From Candidatus Saccharimonadales bacterium (GTDB lineage Bacteria; Patescibacteriota; Microgenomatia; Levybacterales; UBA12049), in NCBI GenBank assembly GCA_035479415.1, contig DATIIS010000030.1:864-64863 (forward strand): DNA of 64,000 bases, in the 5' to 3' direction. Below, in pieces: positions 1-9,423 of the stretch; positions within the stretch are counted from its first letter, which is position 1, and every line of letters begins with the position of its first letter. The notes beneath the pieces are model-generated. The model ran no database searches and was not told where the DNA came from. It was given only the letters and a program-made list of their open reading frames with translations. The position numbers were made by a program, and so were the translations under genes.

Positions 1-1
1 A

Positions 2-1195
2 CGACCTGAAAGAATGATCAATACAAATATCCCAACAGGGACAGTCGAAGTATCAGTTGAGGAGTACAAAGTTCTGAACAAAGCAGACGAAATGCCCATC
101 TCAATTGATACAGATGGCCATGAAATAAGTGAAGAAGTACGTCTGCGCTACAGGTATTTAGACCTCCGCCGCGATAGAATGCAAAAAATTATGAGATTGC
201 GATCAGATTACACAAATTCAACCAGATACGCACTCATGAAAAAAGATTTTGTTGAGATTGAGACACCTGTTCTTACCAAATCCACCATGGAAGGCGCTCG
301 GGATTTTCTTGTGCCATCACGATTTCAACCTGGCAAATTCTACGCGCTTCCACAAAGTCCACAACAATATAAACAGCTTTTGATGACTGCAGGATTTGAA
401 CGCTATTTTCAGTTCCCACGCTGCCTTCGTGATGAAGATTTGCGGGCAGATCGAGGATTTGAGCATACACAAGTTGATATTGAAATGAGTTTTGTGACCC
501 GTGAAGAAGTAATGAAGACTGTGGAAGAAGTTGTTAAGGAAGCAGTCAGTGCAGTAGGTGGAAAATTAAAAGATCAAACTTTTCCAATAATCAATTATAA
601 AGATGCTATCGATAAATATGGAGCAGATAAGTTTGATCTACGTACGGAGGAAGAGAAAAAAGAAAATGTTCTTGCATTTGCTTGGGTTGTTAATTTTCCA
701 TTTTTTAAAAAAGTAGATAAAAAAGATATAGCTGAAGTCAGAGATGGCAAATCCGGATGGACATTTACCCACAATCCATTTAGTATGCCAATCCCGGAAC
801 ATGAAGAATGGCTTCTCAAGGGAGAAAATATCGATCAGATCACAACAACACAATATGATTTGATCTGCAATGGATTTGAAGTCGGTGGTGGAAGTATCCG
901 AGCGCATAGAGCTGATTTATTGAGAGCGACTTACAAAATAATGGGTTACTCAGAAAAAGAAACAGAGGCAAGTGTGGGACATATGCTTGAAGCATTTTCT
1001 TATGGCACACCTCCTCATGGTGGAATTGCGCTTGGACTTGATCGGCATGTTATGCTTCTCGCTGGAGAAACTTCATTGAAAGAAGCAATTGCATTCCCAA
1101 TGACCTCAACAGGTCGTACTGCTGTTATGGACGGCCCATCCGAGGTATCAGAAGAACAGCTTAAAGAATTGGGTTTGAAAGTTGCCAAGAAGTAA
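2..1195 (+). CDS. aspS: Aspartyl-tRNA synthetase, 5'-truncated by window edge; bacterial-type flanks but no GAD insertion
   Basis: Frame is open to the window edge (RPER precedes the first M). Class II aaRS motifs FYALPQSPQQYKQLLM, RDEDLRADRGFEHTQVDIEMSF and GGIALGLDR. Bacterial-type YGADKFDLR and FTHNPFSMP lie only ~40 aa apart. Confidence 0.9.
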   Translation, partial: RPERMINTNIPTGTVEVSVEEYKVLNKADEMPISIDTDGHEISEEVRLRYRYLDLRRDRMQKIMRLRSDYTNSTRYALMKKDFVEIETPVLTKSTMEGARDFLVPSRFQPGKFYALPQSPQQYKQLLMTAGFERYFQFPRCLRDEDLRADRGFEHTQVDIEMSFVTREEVMKTVEEVVKEAVSAVGGKLKDQTFPIINYKDAIDKYGADKFDLRTEEEKKENVLAFAWVVNFPFFKKVDKKDIAEVRDGKSGWTFTHNPFSMPIPEHEEWLLKGENIDQITTTQYDLICNGFEVGGGSIRAHRADLLRATYKIMGYSEKETEASVGHMLEAFSYGTPPHGGIALGLDRHVMLLAGETSLKEAIAFPMTSTGRTAVMDGPSEVSEEQLKELGLKVAKK

Positions 1196-1253
1196 CTGGT
1201 CTTTTCATTTTTCCTTCAACCATCTACAATTATAGGTATCTATACATTCCGCG

Positions 1254-2423
1254 ATGAAAAAATCTCAATCCCCAATTTGGCAAAAGAAACGCAAAAGAAA
1301 ATTCAAAAATACCAAAAGTATTCATGTTTCAGCTCCATCCCGACAGACACATCCTGATGTAGAGAAGGAAATCTTTCCTTCTCAAAAAAAGGTAGCTATT
1401 TCCAAACCTCCATGGTTTAAAAACCTATTTCCCAAGAATGAAAAGAAAGAAAAAGCACCCAAATCATCTCATCTCAGATCATCGATTGGAAAGTGGCTAC
1501 AGAAATATGATTCAGATTTGCAACTTATCCTTTTTCCACTTATTTTGCTTGTTATTTTAATTATTCTTCATATTGTTAATAGCCAGCTTTTCCTCACTCT
1601 CTCCAAACAAAATCCAATTAGCGATGATAATCTAACGATTCTTCAGCCATATCCATATGTTGATGCTGTTTCTCAGCCGACAATTTCTGCCCAATCTGCT
1701 ATTATTCTTGATCGAGGATCTCAAGTTATCCTTTTCTCCAAAAATCCACAGTTGAGATTCTCAATGGCATCAACAACAAAAATTATGACAGCACTTGTCG
1801 CATTTGATTATTACAAATCAAACGATATCCTTACTGTAAAGCGCTCGTACGTTGAAGGGTCGGGACTTAACTTCTATGCAGGTGAACAATTTCGTTTTAT
1901 TGATCTTATGTATGCTATGCTTTTGCCATCTGCAAATGATGCAGCACAAGCTATTGCTGACAATTATCCAGGAGGAGCAGATGCATTTGTTGCCAAAATG
2001 AACCAAAAAGCGCAAAGCCTTCATCTGACCAGCACTCATTATTCAGATCCTATTGGTCTTGATGACGATCATGATTATTCAACAGTTATTGATATGGCCC
2101 GTCTTGCTTCATATGCAGTAACGTTGCCCAATTTTGTTGATATCACCTCTACAAAATATAAAACAATTTCATCAATTGGATCCACAAGACAGTATCCACT
2201 GGTTAGTACCAATGAATTATTGGGAATTGATGGAGTAACAGGTATTAAAACGGGAACTACGGAAGGCGCTGGTGAAGTTCTTGTCTCATCAGTTGTTAAG
2301 AAAAATCATACATATATTATTGTCGTTATGGATAGTCAGGACAGATTTGCGGATACAAGTAAATTATTGAATTTTATTGATACAAGCGTTAAATATATCG
2401 TCCCACCACAGCCACCAAATTAG
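1254..2423 (+). CDS. Serine-type D-Ala-D-Ala carboxypeptidase (peptidase S11 / PBP5-like)
   Basis: SxxK (SMASTTK), SxN (PSANDAA) and KTG (GIKTGTT) motifs in the correct order. Lys-rich N-terminus followed by one TM helix. Confidence 0.8.
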   Translation: MKKSQSPIWQKKRKRKFKNTKSIHVSAPSRQTHPDVEKEIFPSQKKVAISKPPWFKNLFPKNEKKEKAPKSSHLRSSIGKWLQKYDSDLQLILFPLILLVILIILHIVNSQLFLTLSKQNPISDDNLTILQPYPYVDAVSQPTISAQSAIILDRGSQVILFSKNPQLRFSMASTTKIMTALVAFDYYKSNDILTVKRSYVEGSGLNFYAGEQFRFIDLMYAMLLPSANDAAQAIADNYPGGADAFVAKMNQKAQSLHLTSTHYSDPIGLDDDHDYSTVIDMARLASYAVTLPNFVDITSTKYKTISSIGSTRQYPLVSTNELLGIDGVTGIKTGTTEGAGEVLVSSVVKKNHTYIIVVMDSQDRFADTSKLLNFIDTSVKYIVPPQPPN

Positions 2424-2428
2424 TAAAG

Positions 2429-3619
2429 TTATTGAGAAGAAGAGCCTGAGTTATCCAAAATTGCTGGGACATAGGCAAAGAAGCCGTCCTGTCCTTGGAA
2501 TATAACTACTGGCATAAGATAATTCTGTTGAGTTGCCCCCATATAATAAGCTAGGAAAACTTTGTTGATAAGAATCTGACTTTCTGTGCCATTGTATGAT
2601 GCTATATATGCTTTTCCACTTTTTAACTCATCAAATGCTTGTTGAGGGCTTTTGATAGGATATGTAGCCACATTTTCAGGTTGGAGATTGATTGTTTGAT
2701 GTTGGTATATTGCTGATGCAATTTCTGCTTCGTTTTGACCGGATGCGACGAGAAAATGCATTGTAGAGTATGGTGGATGAGGATAAATAATAGGAAGTGT
2801 CATGTCAAAATCTTTAGAATGTGTTAAATCCTGGCCAATACCTGCAGTTAATGTATAATCTATTTCTTTTTGATACAGATCTACTCTTACAACCTGTGCA
2901 TTTGCAAGGGCAGTAGTTGGTTGCAGTTGTCCATTTACAACTGCATACAATTGCGGAGCTGTTGTATAACTGTCGCCATCAGGAGGATTTTGTGTAAGTG
3001 CAAGATCTACATCTGATGGAAATCCATTGAAACTACTTAAGAATGTCTGCACAGTTTGAATTGCTGCTGTAGGATCATTCATATTTTGAATATATTGTGC
3101 TTGAAGAACAGAAAGTTGGGTTAAATAATTAGAATTCATCGTGAAGTTCTGATTGACGACATTGTAATCAATTGTTCGTTGAAATCCCGTGAGGCCTGGG
3201 GTTGTTTCTCTCCATTCATATTCTGGACCACCAAGTGGAATTGCCGGAAGCGGATCACCTTGGCCATTAACAAATTGTAAATTAGAAACATTTTGTTTGG
3301 CATTTTGCAAATTTAGTACATCAGGCTGACTGATAATCATTGGATACACATACAATCGATCCGGGAAATCATCAGGCAATGCGCCACTAACAGTATTGAT
3401 AGTATAGGTAAATTGTTCTGTTACGCTACTTTGAGGGAAATTATATGGTGGGAGTTTGCCATATGCTTCATTTGGAGCTGCAATTTTAGGTGGAAAAAGA
3501 ATTGCATGGATGACTGCTCCAACTTTCAAAAAAACAGTAACAATAATAACAAGACCTAAGAGAAGTCCAAGCACAATCCCTGCTTTCTTAGAAAATTCTG
3601 TAGTATCATGAAGTGTCAT
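2429..3619 (-). CDS. Hypothetical membrane-anchored protein
   Basis: 396-aa uninterrupted ORF with an N-terminal TM helix (GIVLGLLLGLVIIVTVFL). No family recognised. Confidence 0.6.
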   Translation of the reverse strand: MTLHDTTEFSKKAGIVLGLLLGLVIIVTVFLKVGAVIHAILFPPKIAAPNEAYGKLPPYNFPQSSVTEQFTYTINTVSGALPDDFPDRLYVYPMIISQPDVLNLQNAKQNVSNLQFVNGQGDPLPAIPLGGPEYEWRETTPGLTGFQRTIDYNVVNQNFTMNSNYLTQLSVLQAQYIQNMNDPTAAIQTVQTFLSSFNGFPSDVDLALTQNPPDGDSYTTAPQLYAVVNGQLQPTTALANAQVVRVDLYQKEIDYTLTAGIGQDLTHSKDFDMTLPIIYPHPPYSTMHFLVASGQNEAEIASAIYQHQTINLQPENVATYPIKSPQQAFDELKSGKAYIASYNGTESQILINKVFLAYYMGATQQNYLMPVVIFQGQDGFFAYVPAILDNSGSSSQ

Positions 3620-3715
3620 ATATTTTAGTATAGTTTAGATTTTGACTGCAATGCAAGTTCGGCAACTTTGTACAATGTAAATTTTTGAAGTTTGGTATAA
3701 TTAGTTCACTATTAT

Positions 3716-5293
3716 ATGGTAAGAACACGAATTGCACCAAGCCCGACTGGTAATCCTCATATTGGAACGATTTATCAGGCTCTGTTTGATTATGTTTTTG
3801 CTAGAAAATATGATGGAAAGTTTATATTGCGTATTGAAGACACAGATCGTGTTAGATTGGTAGAAGGAGCAGAGGCGGCAGTACTAGAGGCACTTACATG
3901 GTTTGGTTTAACTCCTAATGAAAGTCCTAATAATCCTGGCGATGTAGGTCCTTATAGACAATCTGAAAGGAAGGAAGCTGGCATATATAAAGAATACATG
4001 TTTGGGCCAAAAGGTTTAGTTAATAGATTCATTCCTACAGATATGCTCCCAGAAACTCAGCGAGAAATAAATAACCAGAATCATTATTGTGCCTATTATT
4101 GCTTTTGTACAAAAGAACGCTTGGATAAAATTCGTTTAGAGCAACAGGCACAAAAAAAAGTTCCTCGATATGATAAATTTTGTTTAAAAATAACTCGTGA
4201 AGAAGCAATTGAAAGAAGTAAAACGGAAGATTTCGTTATTCGTCTTAATATACCGAGAGATTATACAATTGAGTTCGATGATTCTTTTATCGGTAAAATA
4301 AAAGTAACTGGTATTGATGTAGATGATCAAGTTCTTCTAAAATCAGATGGATATCCCACATATCACTTTGGAGTCGTAGTTGATGATCACTTAATGAATA
4401 TAAGTCATGTTTTTAGAGGTAAAGAATGGTTGCCTTCTACACCTAAACATATAATCCTCTACTATTATTTTAATTGGTCAAGACCAATTTATATTCATTT
4501 ACCACTAATTCTAAATAGCGATGGTAAAGGCAAACTCTCTAAAAGACATGGACATTCCTCGGTAAATTATTATAGAGAAGAAGGATATTTACCTCAAGCA
4601 ATTCTCAATTATTTAGCGAATATTGTATGGAATCATCCAGAAGGAAACGAAATTTTTTCTCTAAATGAATTTATAGAAAAACTTCATATAAATAAAATTA
4701 TCGATGCAGAAAAAGTTTACGCAAATACAAATATGGAGCTTAAATCCATTATATCTCTAGCAAATAAATTTGATGAAGAGATAGATCGATTTATTACTTC
4801 TCAGGCTCCACGATTTGATCTTGATAAACTTCAATGGATTAATGGGATCTATATTCGAGAAAAAATGAGTAGTAATGAACTATTAAATACTCTTAAAAAA
4901 TATGAAGAAGATTTTGGTGAAAGCAATTCATCACTAAATCAGATAGATGATAATATTTTATTAAGAATTGTGGAATTAGCTCAACCTAGAATAAATACTC
5001 TTAAAGAATTTTATCCACTGATTACTCAATTTCTTCCCGATGCCAAGTTCTATGTTTCAAATGACGCAGAAAAAGAAATTGCTAAATCACTGCAAGATGC
5101 ATTTGAAAGATTGGATACTTGGAATAAAGATACAATTCTTGAAGTACTTCGAGAAATACTCAAAAAACATAGCATTCGGATGCCAATTTTATATACAATA
5201 GTAACAGGACAGATGAAAGGACTGCCGCTTCCTGAATCCTTGGAAATTCTTGGCAAAGAGACAGTTCTCACACGCCTACAAAAAATTGTGTAG
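3716..5293 (+). CDS. gltX: Glutamyl-tRNA synthetase
   Basis: Class I HIGH motif (SPTGNPHIGT) and KMSKS-like KLSKRHG, with a GluRS-type catalytic core (ILRIEDTD, YPTYHFGVVVDD). Confidence 0.9.
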   Translation: MVRTRIAPSPTGNPHIGTIYQALFDYVFARKYDGKFILRIEDTDRVRLVEGAEAAVLEALTWFGLTPNESPNNPGDVGPYRQSERKEAGIYKEYMFGPKGLVNRFIPTDMLPETQREINNQNHYCAYYCFCTKERLDKIRLEQQAQKKVPRYDKFCLKITREEAIERSKTEDFVIRLNIPRDYTIEFDDSFIGKIKVTGIDVDDQVLLKSDGYPTYHFGVVVDDHLMNISHVFRGKEWLPSTPKHIILYYYFNWSRPIYIHLPLILNSDGKGKLSKRHGHSSVNYYREEGYLPQAILNYLANIVWNHPEGNEIFSLNEFIEKLHINKIIDAEKVYANTNMELKSIISLANKFDEEIDRFITSQAPRFDLDKLQWINGIYIREKMSSNELLNTLKKYEEDFGESNSSLNQIDDNILLRIVELAQPRINTLKEFYPLITQFLPDAKFYVSNDAEKEIAKSLQDAFERLDTWNKDTILEVLREILKKHSIRMPILYTIVTGQMKGLPLPESLEILGKETVLTRLQKIV

Positions 5294-5294
5294 T

Positions 5295-5885
5295 ATGAAA
5301 ATAGCAATTGCCCAGATTATCTCATTTCTTTTTAATCCAATACTTCTTTTGGTTTTTGTACCATTACTTCTTGTCTATAAATCAACCGGGAATATCGTAT
5401 CTGCATTTATTTGGACTGTCTACACTATGATTTTTCTTCTAGCATTGGTATTTTTTATTATTTATGGAGTACATAAAAAAATTTTTACTGATATGGATGT
5501 CTCCAAACGAACCCAGCGGCCACTTCTTTTTATTGTATGCCTAGTGATGGGTTTGTTATATCTGTGGGGTTTATATTTTTTAAATGGTCCAAAGATTCTT
5601 ATGGTTATTGTGATTGGTCTTATGATAAGTGTACTTCTTGCCTCCCTTATTAATCTCAAAATCAAGGCTAGTATCCATGTGGCGACTGTTTCTGCACTTC
5701 TCTTTGCTCTGGCGATTGTGTATCAAGGATATTATTATATTGCACTTCTATTAATTCCAACAGTTGCTTGGTCACGTCTTACCATCAAACGTCACACCTT
5801 ACCCGAAACTATTGTCGGGGGTTGTTTTGGGATTTTGTTATCACTAGGAGTATATCTGTTTGTCACACATATCTATATGCACTAA
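5295..5885 (+). CDS. PAP2-superfamily membrane phosphatase (putative)
   Basis: ATG at 5295 lies 2 nt after the gltX stop. Polytopic membrane protein with PAP2-like motifs ASIH and SRLTIKRHTLPE (SRx5Hx3[D/E]). Confidence 0.55.
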   Translation: MKIAIAQIISFLFNPILLLVFVPLLLVYKSTGNIVSAFIWTVYTMIFLLALVFFIIYGVHKKIFTDMDVSKRTQRPLLFIVCLVMGLLYLWGLYFLNGPKILMVIVIGLMISVLLASLINLKIKASIHVATVSALLFALAIVYQGYYYIALLLIPTVAWSRLTIKRHTLPETIVGGCFGILLSLGVYLFVTHIYMH

Positions 5886-5886
5886 T

Positions 5887-6255
5887 ATGATCAATTGGAA
5901 GAGGTTTTTTAAATCATTCAAATACGCGGCTGAAGGAATTCATTATGCTTTCCGTAATGATCAGAATTTGCTTGTACATTTATTGGTCGCTTTTCTTGTC
6001 ATTAATGTAAGCATTGCGCTTAAGGTATCTCATTATGAAATGGCTATTCTGGGTCTGACCATGATGATGGTAATTACTGCTGAGATGGTAAATTCCGCGA
6101 TAGAAAAAATGGTTGATTTAATTACCAAAGAACACCGTATGGAAGCTAAAATCGCCAAAGATGTTGCCGCAGGTATGGTCTTGGTCACAGCAATCGCAGC
6201 AGCAATCATCGGTACTCTTATTCTGCTTCCTTATGTATTGGAATTATTTCATTAA
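5887..6255 (+). CDS. dgkA: Diacylglycerol/undecaprenol kinase family protein
   Basis: Small 3-TM protein with DgkA-family motifs (YAFRNDQN, AEMVNSAIE, AKDVAAG). The internal ATG at 5887 directly follows the upstream stop. Confidence 0.75.
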   Translation: MINWKRFFKSFKYAAEGIHYAFRNDQNLLVHLLVAFLVINVSIALKVSHYEMAILGLTMMMVITAEMVNSAIEKMVDLITKEHRMEAKIAKDVAAGMVLVTAIAAAIIGTLILLPYVLELFH

Positions 6256-6584
6256 TTCACTCTGCAGTCACAATGCTTATCTCTGAGGATTTGTTTTTGT
6301 TCTGCAAGTGTATGAATAAGTGTTGTTTGATGTGCATCACCTGTTGCAAGTGAAAGATCAAGCTCATTATGATGCCTATAATTCCTTTTTTTCATTTCTT
6401 TGACAAGCTGTTCATGGCGATTGGCAAGTGCTTTTAATTTGCCTATCCAACGAAGTGTCTCGGGATGATGTGCGTATCCTTTTTTATGTTGTGTTATGAC
6501 AGTCCAGATAGAATGAAGTTCTCTGTGCTCCCCAAGGAGGTGTTTGCGGCATAAGATAGTAGGTGATAAATCCCAAATTCTCAT
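6252..6584 (-). CDS. Pyrimidine-dimer DNA glycosylase family protein (DenV-like)
   Basis: The N-terminus MRIWDLSPTILCRKHLLGEHRELH and the later HPETLRW are typical of this family. 110 aa. Confidence 0.6.
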   Translation of the reverse strand: MRIWDLSPTILCRKHLLGEHRELHSIWTVITQHKKGYAHHPETLRWIGKLKALANRHEQLVKEMKKRNYRHHNELDLSLATGDAHQTTLIHTLAEQKQILRDKHCDCRVN

Positions 6585-6640
6585 AAGCTTATTGTATCAA
6601 ATAGCTTTTTTGCGCGTATTTTAGTAAAATAGCTTCATTG

Positions 6641-6718
6641 CATAGGGACTCCGAAGGAGACTGGTTCGGAGTTACAGTAAATAAGTAGTAGCAGTCATTA
6701 TTGCCGAATCATCTAACG
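6641..6718 (+). repeat. Direct repeat copy 1 (73 nt identical core 6646-6718), ending with the first 17 nt of the tRNA-Gln sequence
   Basis: GGACTCCGAAGGAGACTGGTTCGGAGTTACAGTAAATAAGTAGTAGCAGTCATTATTGCCGAATCATCTAACG is identical to 6760-6832. It contains an 8-bp hairpin ACTCCGAA/TTCGGAGT. Confidence 0.95.
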
Positions 6719-6753
6719 TGGAGGCGACCGAAGGAAGGGCAGCCGAAGGCTGA

Positions 6754-6832
6754 CATAGCGGACTCCGAAGGAGACTGGTTCGGAGTTACAGTAAATAAGT
6801 AGTAGCAGTCATTATTGCCGAATCATCTAACG
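6754..6832 (+). repeat. Direct repeat copy 2 (core 6760-6832), fused to the functional tRNA-Gln
   Basis: Identical 73-nt core offset by 114 nt from copy 1. Identity stops exactly in the tRNA D-loop (after AACG, position 6832). Confidence 0.95.
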
Positions 6833-6886
6833 GTAGGATAGCGGACTCTGAATCCGTTCATCATGGTTCGAATCCATGTTCGGCAG
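6816..6886 (+). tRNA. tRNA-Gln (anticodon CUG)
   Basis: Manual cloverleaf. Acceptor TGCCGAA/TTCGGCA, U8, D-stem ATCT/GGAT with a GG loop. Anticodon stem GCGGA/TCCGT with loop CTCTGAA (U33, CUG, A37). T-arm CATGG-TTCGAAT-CCATG. U1-A72 and G73 as in bacterial tRNA-Gln. CCA is not encoded. Confidence 0.9.
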
Positions 6887-8386
6887 CACATCTGTACGCA
6901 CTTCTGGTTTTAGAAGCACATCATATGGTTTTTTGAAGCTAAAAGTAATCTTTTTATCCTTCAAGAAAAAGTTCTCACCAACCTTTTTAAGTATCCGTTG
7001 TTTTTGTTCTACAGAACCATTATTTATAACTTCACGAATCTGAAAAGCAGTATCAAAGAAGTCTTCAATAAGTTCTAACCAAGTTTTCATAGATGTTTGA
7101 TTATCTTGATATTTATCATCCATGGAAGCTAATTGATCAAGAAGTCGTTGTTTTTGGTCTAAAAACTCATCCTTTGTTAACTCTTCATTAGAACGCATCT
7201 CTACAAGTCTGTTTATCTTATCTCTCAAATTCTTTTGTTGTATTTGAATATATTGAAAATGAGTGTCATTTTTCTTTAATTCATCTTTATACTTTGCCTT
7301 AATAAGCTCTAGTCCTAGTTGCCATACCTCCTTGTCTATTTCTATCTGTAGTATCTGACCATATAGCAACTCCTTAAATTCAGTATCGGTTAAGGATTCC
7401 TCAGTGCAATTACCTTTTCTATGAGTGCAATGATGATAAATAAAATTTTTCCTTTCACCAGTTTTCTTAATCAATTTATCTTTAACAGTGGTTGTAATTG
7501 CACAGCCACAATTTCCGCATTTCATTAACCCTTCAAACTCTCTTTCCCAAGTAATTTTTTTTGGCTTTGATCTATCTTTTAATTTTTCTTGAACTAAATC
7601 AAATAGTCCCTTAGATACAATCCCTTCATGACTGCCTTCAAAGATCTCACCTTTTAAAGTAAAGTAGCCATAATAGACAGGATTGTGCAAAATAATATCA
7701 ATGTGACTTTTAGAAACTCTATTGCCTTTTTTTGTTCTAAGCCCTTCCTCATACATGATGTCTGCAATTTTCCCAAGTGAATAAATGCCAGTTGATGCAA
7801 GCTCAAAAGCTTTTCCAATTAAAGGTGCATAAATAGGATGAGGTTTAATATTTCTTTGCCCCCGCTCACCAAAGCCCTCATAACCTAAAGGAGCAGGCCT
7901 TGGATACTCCTTTCGGTCTACAGCTTTCCTATACAGACCACGTCTAACATTTTGACTCAAGGTACGTGAATATTGATTTGCCATACCGAAATGTATTTGG
8001 AGTATTAAATGATCGCTTTCAGGTGTATACACATCACCTAGAGGAGTTCTAATTTCCTTCAAAACACCATCTTGTAGCAATTGCAAAAGAATACCACCCT
8101 CTTTTGGATTTCTACAAAGCCTATCAGGTTTCCAAGTAAGAATTGCATTTGCTTTTCCTGATTTTATCAACTCTATCATTTGGTTAAACTTTTCGCGTTG
8201 GTCAGGCTTAAATGCACTTTTTTCTTCTTGGAGTTTATATTTAACTTGGAGATGCAATCTGACTTCAACTTCCTCAGACTCTTTATTTTGGTCTTTAATT
8301 GAGGCAACTTGTTTTTCTTTAGATTCAGACGATTTTCGTGAATACCGTATGTAAGTTAAATTATCCATATCAATATTTAATATCAC
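6827..8386 (-). CDS. Large serine recombinase (resolvase/invertase N-domain, recombinase domain, zinc ribbon, coiled coil)
   Basis: N-terminal YIRYSRKSSESKEKQ (catalytic Ser region) and WKPDRLCRN. Zinc ribbon CGNCGC...HHCTHRKGNC, then a Lys/Glu-rich coiled-coil tail. The last ~20 codons are antisense to tRNA-Gln. Confidence 0.85.
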   Translation of the reverse strand: MILNIDMDNLTYIRYSRKSSESKEKQVASIKDQNKESEEVEVRLHLQVKYKLQEEKSAFKPDQREKFNQMIELIKSGKANAILTWKPDRLCRNPKEGGILLQLLQDGVLKEIRTPLGDVYTPESDHLILQIHFGMANQYSRTLSQNVRRGLYRKAVDRKEYPRPAPLGYEGFGERGQRNIKPHPIYAPLIGKAFELASTGIYSLGKIADIMYEEGLRTKKGNRVSKSHIDIILHNPVYYGYFTLKGEIFEGSHEGIVSKGLFDLVQEKLKDRSKPKKITWEREFEGLMKCGNCGCAITTTVKDKLIKKTGERKNFIYHHCTHRKGNCTEESLTDTEFKELLYGQILQIEIDKEVWQLGLELIKAKYKDELKKNDTHFQYIQIQQKNLRDKINRLVEMRSNEELTKDEFLDQKQRLLDQLASMDDKYQDNQTSMKTWLELIEDFFDTAFQIREVINNGSVEQKQRILKKVGENFFLKDKKITFSFKKPYDVLLKPEVRTDVLPNMDSNHDERIQSPLSYR

Positions 8387-8459
8387 TTTTATTATTAACT
8401 ATAGAATTTTTAATATCTAGAACTTTTTGGTTCTTACACTGTACATTCATGGTTATACT

Positions 8460-8936
8460 TTACTTATTTTTTAAAAATGGTAAGGTCTCTCTTATTTCCT
8501 TTATTTTTTGATTTATTCGTTCTTTTTCTTCATCACTCATATTATTATAATTAGTATTATTAACTTTAGTATTATTAGGTGGAACTTTATTGCTTTTATG
8601 AGATGAAATATCTCTCGTAATAGTGGTGAAGTTTTTTTCACTATTGTTACTATCATTAGTGAAAATTTTTTCGTCATTAAATGTATAGAGATTTGATGTT
8701 GAATAACCACGTTTCTTATAATCTATAAAGCCCAATTGCTTTAGTCTTTTAAGATGCATTTGAATAGTTCTTTTCTTTTTACCTCTTAATCTTGCTATAT
8801 GCTCTTGAGAATAGAATATGCTATTGTTGCCAAATCTTAGGGATAATAAAACAAGAAGTGTTACAAGATCACCATCTGAAAGTTGATGGTTTTGAAGCAA
8901 CAAATTAGGTATTTGTGTAAAATTTATCATCTTCAT
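8460..8936 (-). CDS. Winged-helix/HTH protein (DnaD / HTH_36-like, possible replication or regulatory protein of the element)
   Basis: FTQIPNLLLQNHQLSDGDLVTLLVLLSL...EHIARLRGKKKRTIQMHLKRLKQLGFI matches the pattern of phage/plasmid HTH_36-type proteins. Confidence 0.5.
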   Translation of the reverse strand: MKMINFTQIPNLLLQNHQLSDGDLVTLLVLLSLRFGNNSIFYSQEHIARLRGKKKRTIQMHLKRLKQLGFIDYKKRGYSTSNLYTFNDEKIFTNDSNNSEKNFTTITRDISSHKSNKVPPNNTKVNNTNYNNMSDEEKERINQKIKEIRETLPFLKNK

Positions 8937-8953
8937 CTCAATGGCGTTTTCTA

Positions 8954-9184
8954 CTAAGAAAAGATTCTTCCTTTTAGCAACTTCATCGTGTTGCTATATT
9001 CTCTTGCGTTAATCATAAGACCTCCAAAAAAGAATTTGTTTGATAATGATTCACAGATATTTTTATTATCAAAAACAAACCAACATATGCCTTGTTCTCT
9101 TTCAATTTTTATTAAACTTTGTCCTTCAACAATTAAGGCTGCTGCTTCTGCAAGATCCTTAGTTCTATAAATATTTTGATTCAT
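8954..9184 (-). CDS. DUF5659-like small protein
   Basis: TKDLAEAAALIVEGQSLIKIERE...WFVFDN...GGLMINAREYSNTMKLLKGRI follows the DUF5659 pattern. The internal ATG (9184) is preferred over the ORF-track start at 9226. Confidence 0.55.
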   Translation of the reverse strand: MNQNIYRTKDLAEAAALIVEGQSLIKIEREQGICWFVFDNKNICESLSNKFFFGGLMINAREYSNTMKLLKGRIFS

Positions 9185-9338
9185 ATTTTTCTTTCCATTT
9201 AAACTTAATGATGTCTTCAATGACAATGGATAAGTTTATTGCAATTTCAAAGATTTCCTGTTCACTGAGAGGCCTTTTATAGCGAGGTTCAAAAATAGTT
9301 TTGATTTTTGTTTTTAAATTTTCATCTAACCATTCCAT
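9165..9338 (-). CDS. Small hypothetical protein (57 aa), below the ORF-track length cutoff
   Basis: Hand translation gives MEWLDENLKTKIKTIFEPRYKRPLSEQEIFEIAINLSIVIEDIIKFKWKEKYESKYL. Its 3' end overlaps the start of the DUF5659-like gene. Confidence 0.3.
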   Translation of the reverse strand: MEWLDENLKTKIKTIFEPRYKRPLSEQEIFEIAINLSIVIEDIIKFKWKEKYESKYL

Positions 9339-9423
9339 ATTAATCTTGGCTTTTGGCCATAGATTAATTTTCTCAAAAAATTTGGGCTACCTTATACATT
9401 TTTATTTTCTGAAGCCAAAAAAA

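Noticed and set aside
5250-5294. N-terminal extension of the PAP2-like ORF overlapping the end of gltX
   Set aside because: The ATG at 5295 immediately after the gltX stop gives a protein that starts at its first TM helix. The extension is basic and non-conserved in appearance and overlaps gltX by 44 nt.
6641-6832. The 73-nt direct repeat considered as a CRISPR array or a riboswitch-type leader
   Set aside because: There are only two copies, the units are far longer than CRISPR repeats, no cas genes are present, and each unit ends with the tRNA 5' sequence. This points to tRNA/att-related duplication.
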